DNA from: a virus | Virus record (IMG/VR): IMGVR_UViG_3300025508_002497 | Location: 33,164 to 97,163 of that record | Length of the DNA stretch: 64,000 nucleotides | Strand: one strand, 5' to 3' | Notes under the pieces: generated by a model | What the model saw: the letters and a program-made list of their open reading frames with translations, nothing else | The model's database searches: none | Told to the model about the DNA's origin: nothing | Part shown: piece after piece, positions 26,966-37,403 of the stretch | Numbering within the stretch: the stretch's first letter is position 1 | Layout: the number at the start of each line of letters is the position of its first letter | Made by a program: the position numbers and the translations under genes

Positions 26966-29900
26966 TTAGATAAATCTCATTTCGTAAACATTGTCTCTTT
27001 GTGTAATTAAAATCTTCACATCAGTATTTATTCGTCTAAAATCTCGTCCGCCGGCGGGAAGTCTTGGAATCCCGGGATTGTTGGTAGTAAACGGATTATT
27101 CCACTCCGAAGGAACACGGGGATCCTTGATTGCTGGTCCCCACACCTCTGCTGCACGATCCTTACAAACTCCATTTCCTCCACCTGAACTAGCGGTTGAG
27201 TTTGAACCCAAACCATTTCCTCCAGTAGCAGGAACTCCTATTGGTGAGGATGCTGGTTGAGTTCCTTGACAACTCGATCCAACTTGATCCGATCCAAAAC
27301 CTTTGGGTGCTTTTGTTCTGTCGTGAATAAATCGGCAACTACTAAAGACGTATTGTTCACATGGACCATCGGGACAAGTACTAAATGTTGGCGGGGGAAG
27401 ACAGTTACAACCCTCACATGCTGTGAGTTCTGATATATCATCTAGAGTTCCTGCTGTTGCTTTCGTTGTATTGTTTTTAAACGGATCACATGGTCTACCG
27501 TCCTGTTCGCAAATGGTCTGCTTATCGCATTGTCCACATACACTCTCTGCTTCACGAACTGGATCTACACAAGCGGCAGGTTCAGTTGTATTACCATCTA
27601 CAATATTACACCAATCAGTAATATCGTTCAAATTGTTTGAACAGGCGGATGGGAACCCGCCACCGTCACCACATTGCTCTGTCTTGTGATAGAAAACACC
27701 AAGTTCTTCTAGTTTTACTCTATCCTCCATAGGACATGGTTTCGCCTTACATCCGCCAGGGTTCTTGCAACAATCTTGCCATCTATAGGGAAGTTCAAGA
27801 CCTTGTGGAGTGACATAAGGTCTTCCACTTTCTCTTACCTTATGATCCGTTGGATCAAAAACATCGTTAGGATATTGACTTGGTTTATATGGACCACTTC
27901 TACCGTCCCAAGGTCGGTTCCAGCCTGGAATGTCACCATCAAAATCACAGTTACTGCAAGTTATTTTAATATCATCCACTATACAGTCTTCACACGAATT
28001 CGCATTACTAGTACTGAATACATCGTTGTTAGGACAGAACAGAGTCCAATACATGCAACAACATGCACCAATGAACTTAGTTTTAGGACAACCAGACATA
28101 AAGCAAGGATCAGTACTGAACTTCCCCTTACATCCTGTATTAGTGTTTGGGTTATAGGCTGAGTTGTTTCTTGATACGATGAAAGATCCATCATAGCAGT
28201 TACCACCAAAGAAACAGCAAGAACCAGTTAACCAGTCGCTGCGTGGATCTATTCCACCGCCGCCACCTCCGCCGCCGACGCCACCAAAGCCTCCGAATCC
28301 TGCGAAGTCAAAACCATCACTATCTCTCTCTGGTTTGATACCATCATCATCATCATCATCATCATCACAACCGTCCGGACCTGGCGGTTGTCCAGTTTCT
28401 TCACAACAATCCACGGGACCATTACAACCACACCCCGGTGGATCATCACAACAATCATCTCCATCACAACAGTCATTTCCTGCATCCGGATCACAACAAG
28501 GACTTCGATTTGGATGTCCAGGCGGACAGTCACAACAATCATCTTCTACACAGTCACAAGGACATTCTCCTGCTTGATAACAACTTACACTTTCGCATTG
28601 TGACTCATCACCCATGAACAGTCCACCAACAGCGGAACATTGTTGTGGTGTTATATCATCAATACACTGATCCACACAAAGGCAACATGCTCCTCGATAT
28701 TCTTTCTGAGGACAACAGATATCACAGTCTTCTACATTTGGTGTCCACTCGCCACTGAATACATCGCATTGAACCTTTGTTGTGATTCCGAAACATTCAC
28801 CAGAGAACTCGTTGCAGCAAGTACCAAACTCAAAAGGCTGACAAGCGTCAAGACCATCACAGATATCACAAGGAGTCTGTGGAGGTATTACGCTACTTTC
28901 TGGAACAAAGTAACCATTAATGAGATTACAAGAAAGTGCAGTTGCTGGTGTCAAACATATAGGTCTTGCTACTGTGTTTAATACTACACCTTCGCAATCT
29001 GCACAGTCGTCCTTGATTCCGCCAGGACATATAACCGAAGTAATATCATCAGGAAGATTTCCATATATTGTTAGACACGCACCATCAACTGAACAGTCTT
29101 GACAACATTTTTTACTGTTACCTCCCGTAAAACAGAAATCTGGCTCACCAGCGTTGGGACTACTAGGGGGTAGGATGGGGGATCCACGGTCTGCACAAAC
29201 CACACCGGGAATATAACCACCATCCAAAAAATTGCACTGATCACGTTGACAACTGTCACTGATATTAACACAAACATGTCCTCCGTCTGGAATGCTTGCG
29301 TCGTACAAACAACAAGATCCGAGTTCTTGCGTACAAACACCACAGTCTCCATCGGGACAACAGGACAGAGGATTTGCTTCACTACCACATTCACCAAAAC
29401 AAGCCCATGACTGACATACTGGATTCTGATCGGGACAGTCGATGGTGCCGCCGTCAATCTGCTGACAATCGGGATCGTCTGGATTATCTACACAATAGCA
29501 GTTATCTTTTACTGGCCCATCACTATCATCACAAACATATTCTATTGTAGTTTCTCCTACACCAGTGCAACATGCACCCTGTTCGCCCGCACCACAAACA
29601 TCATCTGTTCTATTTGCACATGCAACATTTAGTTCAAATGATCCTCCATCACCGAGACGATCACAATATTCTTCACTTACAAAATCAACGCAGTTCAAGT
29701 TATTACAACAAGAACCCAAGTTACTAGTCTTGAATACATCAACATCCCACCCATAACCAGTCATTGTTGCATACCAAGTTTCACCATTATCAATAGATGC
29801 TAAGTTTACAATATCAATACCACTAGTGAAAGTTGGTTTTCCTGCGAAGAAAACATTATCAGGGAATGCTATATTTTCTGGTCCGCCTTCTACGACTATG

Positions 29901-31522
29901 GTGATGTTTTTCATTTCAGCATAATCAAGACCGTCATCTGCGGCGAGTGAAAGGCCAGGACGTTGCTCGTATGACCAAGTAATACCTGCGATCTGGAAAG
30001 GTGCTTGCACCTGAAAGAAGTTGGTATTTGTGATATCTAGATTTATTCTACCCGTAACTGTTTCTATTGAAGTTGTTGCAGAACCACATGTATTAGTACA
30101 ACACTGAGTTTCAGTATGGTCACAACCACAAACAGATTTACAACCAATCTGAAATCCATACTCAGGCTTTAGATCGACTTGATCTTCACCACAAGAAGGC
30201 ATAACAACCATACGAATCTTACCATACCAAGGATCTAAAGTATTCTCAGACTCGAACATGTCTTGGGTGATTCGTAAACAATAAGATGCGGCAGTATATC
30301 CTGCAATCTTAAGTGGACCAGCAGTGCAGAAATCTTTGCCTCTGAACTTTGCTCCTATGAAATCATCGTTGGATCTACATCCACTATCATAGATTATGGT
30401 TGGGTGTTGACCTTGATCAGTATCAGAATCAGATGGACAAGGAATCGGATCGCCTGAATCTGCTACGTTCCAAGTTTGTGGGTGGACATTAGACTCAAAA
30501 CCATCACCAGAAAAATATCCTTCTGATGCGTTGATGTATGGAGTATTGAAGTTAACAATATCTCGTCTAGTTTCCTCATCACCATATCCTTCATCAGAGA
30601 AAGATACAGTTCCCGAAAGAGGATCGTCAAAGTTAATCTCTGTCGCACCCCATAAAGGATATTTAAGTTTCTCTGTTATAGTTGTATTTGGATGTTTTGT
30701 TCTTAGTAAAACAATACGATCTTCTTGATTTTCTGTTGTGACACTTATACACAGATTTCCGTATGTGATACCATCACCATCAACGTATCGACATATGGAG
30801 GATACATCTAAAATATACTCTCTTAGATTATCATTGCCAAGTTCTCCTACCTTAAACACTTTTCCACAAAAGGCAGAGTCAAACTCATCAGTAACCTCAT
30901 CGATTACGTTACGGAACTTAACTTTAATAGAATCGCCTGTTCCTGTATTATCACCTGATGCGCCGAAAAATGTACCATATCCACCTTGTGCTTTCCAACG
31001 AGGATCTAGGTGTAAGAACTCTCCAGTCGCTCCACGATCTACATAACCACTTGTGATACCACCTGTACCGCCAATATAAATCTCTGTGTCTGTTACATAA
31101 AGTTGAAGATCACCACCAGCAGTCAGTCCTCTAAACTGAAAAGTTGTTCCTGTTCCAGGCCCGTCAGATTGACTAACGAAAACTCTCCCAGAGGATCCAA
31201 TGTTTTCTGCTCCAGCGGTTAGTCCAATATAAGAACCCAAACCATCTGTAGTTCTTTGATTTGTGGGACGATCCTGTTCTCGTGTGGGGAAAGCATTCGG
31301 CCCTGTTACGGCATCAATAACTACAAAACTCAAATCCGAAAAAACTAATTTTGCTTTTCCTTGATTATTATTATATGGATATTCATATTCAATCAAGTGT
31401 GGTGAGTTTGGTCCGGTATCACCAGTTGGACCTGTATTTCCATCAACACCAATAACTCCGACGGCCTTTACACCTTCGGGTCCAGTTGGTCCTGTTACTG
31501 ATTGAAATGTACTATATGCCAT
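26966..31522 (-). CDS. Large Cys-rich putative tail fibre with collagen-like N-terminus
   Basis: GPTGPEG...GNTGPTGDTGP start, then many G[AST]CC repeats, poly-Asp and poly-Gly linkers. Confidence 0.7.
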   Translation of the reverse strand: MAYSTFQSVTGPTGPEGVKAVGVIGVDGNTGPTGDTGPNSPHLIEYEYPYNNNQGKAKLVFSDLSFVVIDAVTGPNAFPTREQDRPTNQRTTDGLGSYIGLTAGAENIGSSGRVFVSQSDGPGTGTTFQFRGLTAGGDLQLYVTDTEIYIGGTGGITSGYVDRGATGEFLHLDPRWKAQGGYGTFFGASGDNTGTGDSIKVKFRNVIDEVTDEFDSAFCGKVFKVGELGNDNLREYILDVSSICRYVDGDGITYGNLCISVTTENQEDRIVLLRTKHPNTTITEKLKYPLWGATEINFDDPLSGTVSFSDEGYGDEETRRDIVNFNTPYINASEGYFSGDGFESNVHPQTWNVADSGDPIPCPSDSDTDQGQHPTIIYDSGCRSNDDFIGAKFRGKDFCTAGPLKIAGYTAASYCLRITQDMFESENTLDPWYGKIRMVVMPSCGEDQVDLKPEYGFQIGCKSVCGCDHTETQCCTNTCGSATTSIETVTGRINLDITNTNFFQVQAPFQIAGITWSYEQRPGLSLAADDGLDYAEMKNITIVVEGGPENIAFPDNVFFAGKPTFTSGIDIVNLASIDNGETWYATMTGYGWDVDVFKTSNLGSCCNNLNCVDFVSEEYCDRLGDGGSFELNVACANRTDDVCGAGEQGACCTGVGETTIEYVCDDSDGPVKDNCYCVDNPDDPDCQQIDGGTIDCPDQNPVCQSWACFGECGSEANPLSCCPDGDCGVCTQELGSCCLYDASIPDGGHVCVNISDSCQRDQCNFLDGGYIPGVVCADRGSPILPPSSPNAGEPDFCFTGGNSKKCCQDCSVDGACLTIYGNLPDDITSVICPGGIKDDCADCEGVVLNTVARPICLTPATALSCNLINGYFVPESSVIPPQTPCDICDGLDACQPFEFGTCCNEFSGECFGITTKVQCDVFSGEWTPNVEDCDICCPQKEYRGACCLCVDQCIDDITPQQCSAVGGLFMGDESQCESVSCYQAGECPCDCVEDDCCDCPPGHPNRSPCCDPDAGNDCCDGDDCCDDPPGCGCNGPVDCCEETGQPPGPDGCDDDDDDDDGIKPERDSDGFDFAGFGGFGGVGGGGGGGGIDPRSDWLTGSCCFFGGNCYDGSFIVSRNNSAYNPNTNTGCKGKFSTDPCFMSGCPKTKFIGACCCMYWTLFCPNNDVFSTSNANSCEDCIVDDIKITCSNCDFDGDIPGWNRPWDGRSGPYKPSQYPNDVFDPTDHKVRESGRPYVTPQGLELPYRWQDCCKNPGGCKAKPCPMEDRVKLEELGVFYHKTEQCGDGGGFPSACSNNLNDITDWCNIVDGNTTEPAACVDPVREAESVCGQCDKQTICEQDGRPCDPFKNNTTKATAGTLDDISELTACEGCNCLPPPTFSTCPDGPCEQYVFSSCRFIHDRTKAPKGFGSDQVGSSCQGTQPASSPIGVPATGGNGLGSNSTASSGGGNGVCKDRAAEVWGPAIKDPRVPSEWNNPFTTNNPGIPRLPAGGRDFRRINTDVKILITQRDNVYEMRFI
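28342..28367. repeat. (CAT)8 trinucleotide repeat encoding Asp8 on the minus strand
   Basis: catcatcatcatcatcatcatcatca. Confidence 0.9.
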
Positions 31523-31535
31523 ATAATCCTCTAGT

Positions 31536-31543
31536 TATGTATA
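31536..31543 (-). promoter_or_regulatory. Late promoter TATACATA upstream of the 1518-aa fibre gene
   Basis: Motif in a 25-nt gap, before the GAGG SD. Confidence 0.6.
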
Positions 31544-31547
31544 TCTG

Positions 31548-34500
31548 TTATACAGGTATCGTGCCGCAGTCTACCTCTTCACCAATAGGCTGCTGGTTAT
31601 CCAGACATCCAATACCGTCGCCGTTATAAGTAAATACACTTCCGATCGGCTGATCATGTATTCCATCACAGTTTGAAGTACGAATGTAAAACTGGTTATC
31701 AGACTGCAAGACGTTTGGACTCCCAGAGAACAACGTACTAAGTTGAACGGTTCTGAATCGAGGCGGATCGAGTCCCTGAATAAAGTCTGCTGTTACGTCT
31801 TGACAACATTTATTTTCATCAGGATCATCATTACACCCACCATTCTCTGTGTACAAGTCTGTGATGTCGTCAAAGGGAATCGCACATCTTGTTCCATCTC
31901 CTGTACATAAAAGTATTTTAACATCTGGTTTACATGTACCCGAATCTGGGAATAGACTGAAACTATCTTCATCAAATCCTACAAATGTGTTTGCATCAGG
32001 ACATTCAAATGGACCGCCTCCAGCACTCTCCAGACAGGTGAACGGCGTGATCGTGGCGGAACTACACTGGCCACAGAAACAACATGATTCAGTATTAGCA
32101 CAATCTGTACACTCTACGGACCCTTCAGGTGCTTCGCCAGTTTCTTGTGGTGATTGAGGACCATCAACAATCACTCCCGTAATACCACAAGTATTAAGTA
32201 GATAGTTACCATTACAGTTACCTTGTTCTACATGTACACATCTAGTTTCACCAAGGAACGTAGGAAAACAGCACTTCACTAAGGTTGGTTCTGGACGATC
32301 TACACATGTTTCACATACAGTCTCTCTCGCACCCCATGTACCATTCAGTGTAGATTCACAATAAAACCTACCGATATTATATTGACATATTGGAGGTCCA
32401 GCCGAATCTGGTCTATGACAGCAGTATCCCCAGCCTTCCTGATTCATACAAGTTGCATCAACATCACATGATGTGGTCGTTACTGTATTATCACTACCCG
32501 CGGCCGCCGAAGTATTTTGTGGTCCGTTCACAGTAGAGGTTAAACAAAAACCCTCTTCTCCAATAAGCACGGCATCTGAACAATCATACTGTGCATTTTC
32601 TGTACTGAATGTACCATTCCTATTTGGACCTAGAGGTATTCCCACACAACATGTAAACTCTTGCGGTTGTTCGCATGGGCTTGAAACACAACTTTCTCCT
32701 TGAGCAAACTCTTCTTCATTAATAATAAAAGTTCCTCCAGAGGGGATAACAACACGAGAATCGTTGATCTCTACGATTTCACAGGCACTTTCATCACACA
32801 AACGACCAGTTGGAACAGCACAATCACCAATAAACCATGTTCCATAAATAATGAGGTTTCCATCGATTCGACCACTTAGTTGACACATAGCCTGGGTGGT
32901 TGGATTTTGCTCTGTTCTATAACTTTGGTTTCCATTATCTATGATTTGAAAACAACATCCAACAGGCTCATCGGGGGGACATGATTCCGTGTCTTCGTCT
33001 GCCGGACCGCTCCACACACCTCCGCCGGAGCACTTCTTTTCACATGTATATGAATGTTCATTTTGACCGTTCCCGACTGGTGTGCAACAGTTACCCAAGG
33101 GCTCTCTACCACATTCACAAGCAAGAGACTCACAGATGACATCTGGTTGTGTCCAAGTCCCGCCCTTGTTTCTGCATTCAAATAATCTCAACGGCTCACA
33201 ACCATCGTCAGAACAACACTGTCCGATAGGACAAAGACTTTCTTGTGGTTGTTCTGAACAGTCTGGACCTAAAGTTTCTCCTAGATTGCAAACTAAACGA
33301 TCTACACAACTACCTGTCTGACAGTTATAACATCCTACAGTGGGTGGATCAAATGGTTCTATAACGCTAGGTGTTCCACAAACAGAACATGCCGTTCGTG
33401 TATCACCTTCACGACATAAGACTCTGTTTTGACAATCAGTAACAATCAATCCATACAACTGGTTGTTGTTATTTCCTACACCCTTGTTGAGTCTGATTGT
33501 GGTTTCAACTCTGTCTTCTCTGGATCCTGTTCTAACGGGCAAATTATTATCACAGTTCCCGCTGTAACAAAGACCAAGATTATTTGTGCTACCAACTAGT
33601 GATTCATTTGGATTATTTGGATTATCAATACCATAAATCAATGCGGTGTATCTTGCGGTGTCGTTACTACTACCAATAGTAGAAGGTAAATCCCGTTGAC
33701 CTGCTATACATGAACCAGTGAGGGGACATAGAACTGGAACGAAACTAAACGCCAAACCACCAGGCACCTGTCTCTTATTGGGTGTTGTGGGATCACTATC
33801 ATCACTATCATTCAATAAGTTTGGATGTTCTACTTTATCTCTAAAGTTCGCATAAAGAAGATCCTTAAAATCACCGGTGATGTTCTCCTCACAGTTTGGA
33901 ACTTCGTTTCGTGTGTTCTCGATTCTAGTTCTGCATTCGTTAGAAGAGTCTTTAAAGTTTTGTACATCTTGTGGATTGAATCTACCAAAGTTTTGTACTT
34001 GGCCTTCAACATCTTCCCACCGAACATCATTACCACAGAATGGATTATGATTACTACATTCTCCCGCATAAACCTCATCGAAGTATGCTTCGTAAAGAAG
34101 AGCGGCATTTTCATCCCACGCACCACCACGCTTACACCACTTTAATGCTTCTGCCGTGTTGTCACCAATACTCATTTGGTAAGCACAGAAAGAGTTCAAA
34201 CAAGGTTCACAAGAAAAGACAGGTTTAAATGTATCTGTTGGTGTAGCGTTTGGCCAACTAGTTGCTGTTCCTGGCCAAACTTTAATATTTTCATTACAAT
34301 CTGGACTTCCTCCACATGGGAAGTAGTTATCTTCAGGCCATTCTGTTTGTTCACATGTTGATTCTGGGTTATCATTCAGACGAACTATAAAATCTTCACT
34401 GAGTCCCTTTCCACACAAACCAGTAGTGTGAGTAAAGAAACAATCATCAATAGTTTGATCATACTGACTGACACCCTCACAAACACTATCATCGTTACAT

Positions 34501-37382
34501 TCGTAATCAACACCGTATATCTTAAGTTCATTACAATATGCTTTAAGTGTTCCAGCAGCAATGACGTTTGGTGACAAGACGTTAACATCAGTTTCACATG
34601 TAGTTACCTTGTTGTGACCAACACAATATCCTTGTGTTAAAGGTCCACCATTCTGAACGGTGGTTGGACTTATATTAAAGTCAGGCAAAGCAAAACCTAG
34701 AGGATCGTATGCACCGACTGGCTCCCCCGTTGTTGTATCGATGTCTCCCGCGTAGTAATACATCTGCTCGGCAAGACCGTTGGCACAAGCAGTTTCATTT
34801 ACTGCATAAGAAAGAACTCCTGCTCTAGCACAGTTGTTCTTTTCTAATACTGGTGGTTCTGGTTCTTCACATGGACTACTTACAGCACAATCTGCTGAAG
34901 GATTATCATTTTGATATACGCCCCCAAGATCAATACAATCGTATTCATTCTGGATTGAACAATCCTGTAAATCATTCGTACAGCAGTAGCCAAAATCTAG
35001 TGGACTGGCACATGAATAAGTAGGAGGAGATGTTCGATCGAGATAATCTGATAAGTTCAATGAACAGTTGGTGGCAAATATTCCTGCATATCTGGCACCA
35101 TTTACAACTTGACCAATAACATATTCATCGCTTGTGGCATCGTCTGGTAGTAGTTCTCTATAGACTGCTAATGCTCTTCCAACATCTGTGGAACTAGTCA
35201 TTGTGATAACCTGAGAGAATCCACTTTCGTTTATTGTAAAGAACTTATTTCCCTCAGATCTGGTTGATGTCCAATATTGCGGATTTTCGTCTGTAACATT
35301 GAATAATACGTTATTGTATAGTTTATTTGTGTAAACCAGATACGCCATCTCAGAAGCACTTGGAATATATCTAAACAGTTCTGCTGCCATTCCTTCTGTA
35401 TTGAAAGATTTGGCCCAAGGCATTGCTTCTCTGTCTGGATTATATTCTAATCCTTGATCATCATAACGCTCAAAGTATGTGTTGTGATAACCATCAGACA
35501 TTCTATCACAACCAGTTGGTCCAGATACAAAATTCGTATCAATGAGAGGTAGAAGTTTAAGATCAAAGTCGGAATTACTTCCTGTGATTCCATCAACCCA
35601 AAGTCTCCATTTCTTAAAGGTTGGTGTATTAGTTGTATTACAGTCACATTGAATAGAATCAGCACATATATCACAACCAGTTGCTCCTGCAACCCATGTA
35701 CCACTACATTCTATTTTTCTTACGGGATATGAGGGAGAACACCCATTTTCTGTACAACAGATTCCAAGGGGAATAGATTGTCCTGCACAACAATCTACAT
35801 TACCACAAGTGGTTCCAGCACCCATGTGAATACCGCCGTCTTGTCGGCATTCTTCTGGTAGTTTTCCGCCTATACACTCATCTGTTAAACAGCAAGCACC
35901 TTTAGTAAACTCTACGCATGGATCTGGTGCGTCTTCCTCGGTAGGACATGGAGTGTCACTTACAAAGGTTCCACCAAGTTCGTTACAAGTTTCTTGATCT
36001 GTACTATAAGGTACACCATCAACACAACAACAACCAACATTTGCACAAGGATCAGGACATGTAAATGTTCCACATGCCGTGTTTAAGAAGAACTGTCCTC
36101 CAACTGTTGCACATTTTTCTCTAGAGAAGTTGTAACAAGTGTTGTTTACACAACAGGCACCAAACTCTTCAGCACATGGTTCAGAGAAACAAGTGGTTCT
36201 ATTGAAAAAAGTTCCTTCACATTCGTTACCGAAAACATAGTCTCTACAATCTCCATCTTCACAACATGCACCTATTCGTACTTCATTATCACGGGTTCCA
36301 AAAGTTACACCATAATCTAGTCCCGCAACAAAACATTGCCAACTTACCCCCTTATCGAAAGAGATACAGTTTACAATGTCAGTTCCAGAAGTTGTTAGAG
36401 ATGGAGTCCTATAGAACTTGAATGGATTGAGGTTAGTGTTAAATGGATTTCCTTGACTAGACAATCCACCATTCTTGATGATCATTGTTAGGTTAACAGA
36501 CTCACCATATGTAACACCGTCAGCACTAAGAGCAGACAAAGAAGCATTTGTATTTGCAGTTCCAGAAGTAATCCTAAAGTTTTCTTTACCTACAATATAA
36601 TGAGTGTTTGCTTCGTTAGTGTCTAGCGTAACAGATCCACCCGCGACAGGATCGTGACGTTTTACTAGTTCCTTAAAGTCACCTAGAATGGCATGAAGAG
36701 AATCTGATTCTGCACTTAGTCCATTTGACTCTTTGAAGAATGTTCCAGTGGCACCAACAATATAGTTGTCTCCTCCATAATAGAGTAGTTCTCCTGTACC
36801 ACCAACAATCTGTGACTGCTGACCCGATCCTTCAGGTGCAGAGATTTTTAATCCAGCAGGAGTTGTGAGTTCTTCGATTGTAATATCTGGGTCATCTGTA
36901 ACTATTGATTTAAAGTAGGCAGTGGGTCCGCTGATTCCTCTCAGAATACTAGCACCCGTTCCAACAACATCAATGTCAAGTCTAGGATTACAAGGAGAGC
37001 CAAGGTCAGGTAAACAAGGATCTCCCACTGGAATACATGTTCCACAACAACAATAACTACCTTGTCCTCCAACACCCCCAGAAGGACACTCTAATCCAGC
37101 AGAACAACTATCACATATTACACCACCAACTCCACCATTAGAAGAAGCAGTTGCTCCCGCGATAGGACCAATGACAAAATACTCTCCATCAAGATTTACT
37201 AGTAATCTTTGGTTGCAGTTTGTAAGACCAGCATCAGCACTGATACCAGAACCAGTTGCCCCAGTTGGTCCAGTCGATCCAGTATTTCCAGTGTTTCCTG
37301 TAGTTCCAACAGAACCATCTGGTGCTGTTGGTCCCTTTGGTCCTGTTGGACCCATTAATGTAGAGATGGAAGAGTTGGCCAT
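31548..37382 (-). CDS. Very large Cys-rich putative tail fibre with collagen-like N-terminus and an internal DUF1566/CLec-like segment
   Basis: GPTGPKGPT...GNTGNTGSTGPTGATG; many GACC/GCCC/GICC/GYCC/GNCC repeats; YIPSASEM...YWTST. Confidence 0.7.
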   Translation of the reverse strand: MANSSISTLMGPTGPKGPTAPDGSVGTTGNTGNTGSTGPTGATGSGISADAGLTNCNQRLLVNLDGEYFVIGPIAGATASSNGGVGGVICDSCSAGLECPSGGVGGQGSYCCCGTCIPVGDPCLPDLGSPCNPRLDIDVVGTGASILRGISGPTAYFKSIVTDDPDITIEELTTPAGLKISAPEGSGQQSQIVGGTGELLYYGGDNYIVGATGTFFKESNGLSAESDSLHAILGDFKELVKRHDPVAGGSVTLDTNEANTHYIVGKENFRITSGTANTNASLSALSADGVTYGESVNLTMIIKNGGLSSQGNPFNTNLNPFKFYRTPSLTTSGTDIVNCISFDKGVSWQCFVAGLDYGVTFGTRDNEVRIGACCEDGDCRDYVFGNECEGTFFNRTTCFSEPCAEEFGACCVNNTCYNFSREKCATVGGQFFLNTACGTFTCPDPCANVGCCCVDGVPYSTDQETCNELGGTFVSDTPCPTEEDAPDPCVEFTKGACCLTDECIGGKLPEECRQDGGIHMGAGTTCGNVDCCAGQSIPLGICCTENGCSPSYPVRKIECSGTWVAGATGCDICADSIQCDCNTTNTPTFKKWRLWVDGITGSNSDFDLKLLPLIDTNFVSGPTGCDRMSDGYHNTYFERYDDQGLEYNPDREAMPWAKSFNTEGMAAELFRYIPSASEMAYLVYTNKLYNNVLFNVTDENPQYWTSTRSEGNKFFTINESGFSQVITMTSSTDVGRALAVYRELLPDDATSDEYVIGQVVNGARYAGIFATNCSLNLSDYLDRTSPPTYSCASPLDFGYCCTNDLQDCSIQNEYDCIDLGGVYQNDNPSADCAVSSPCEEPEPPVLEKNNCARAGVLSYAVNETACANGLAEQMYYYAGDIDTTTGEPVGAYDPLGFALPDFNISPTTVQNGGPLTQGYCVGHNKVTTCETDVNVLSPNVIAAGTLKAYCNELKIYGVDYECNDDSVCEGVSQYDQTIDDCFFTHTTGLCGKGLSEDFIVRLNDNPESTCEQTEWPEDNYFPCGGSPDCNENIKVWPGTATSWPNATPTDTFKPVFSCEPCLNSFCAYQMSIGDNTAEALKWCKRGGAWDENAALLYEAYFDEVYAGECSNHNPFCGNDVRWEDVEGQVQNFGRFNPQDVQNFKDSSNECRTRIENTRNEVPNCEENITGDFKDLLYANFRDKVEHPNLLNDSDDSDPTTPNKRQVPGGLAFSFVPVLCPLTGSCIAGQRDLPSTIGSSNDTARYTALIYGIDNPNNPNESLVGSTNNLGLCYSGNCDNNLPVRTGSREDRVETTIRLNKGVGNNNNQLYGLIVTDCQNRVLCREGDTRTACSVCGTPSVIEPFDPPTVGCYNCQTGSCVDRLVCNLGETLGPDCSEQPQESLCPIGQCCSDDGCEPLRLFECRNKGGTWTQPDVICESLACECGREPLGNCCTPVGNGQNEHSYTCEKKCSGGGVWSGPADEDTESCPPDEPVGCCFQIIDNGNQSYRTEQNPTTQAMCQLSGRIDGNLIIYGTWFIGDCAVPTGRLCDESACEIVEINDSRVVIPSGGTFIINEEEFAQGESCVSSPCEQPQEFTCCVGIPLGPNRNGTFSTENAQYDCSDAVLIGEEGFCLTSTVNGPQNTSAAAGSDNTVTTTSCDVDATCMNQEGWGYCCHRPDSAGPPICQYNIGRFYCESTLNGTWGARETVCETCVDRPEPTLVKCCFPTFLGETRCVHVEQGNCNGNYLLNTCGITGVIVDGPQSPQETGEAPEGSVECTDCANTESCCFCGQCSSATITPFTCLESAGGGPFECPDANTFVGFDEDSFSLFPDSGTCKPDVKILLCTGDGTRCAIPFDDITDLYTENGGCNDDPDENKCCQDVTADFIQGLDPPRFRTVQLSTLFSGSPNVLQSDNQFYIRTSNCDGIHDQPIGSVFTYNGDGIGCLDNQQPIGEEVDCGTIPV

Positions 37383-37403
37383 ATTAAAGTCCTGATTTTT
37401 TAC

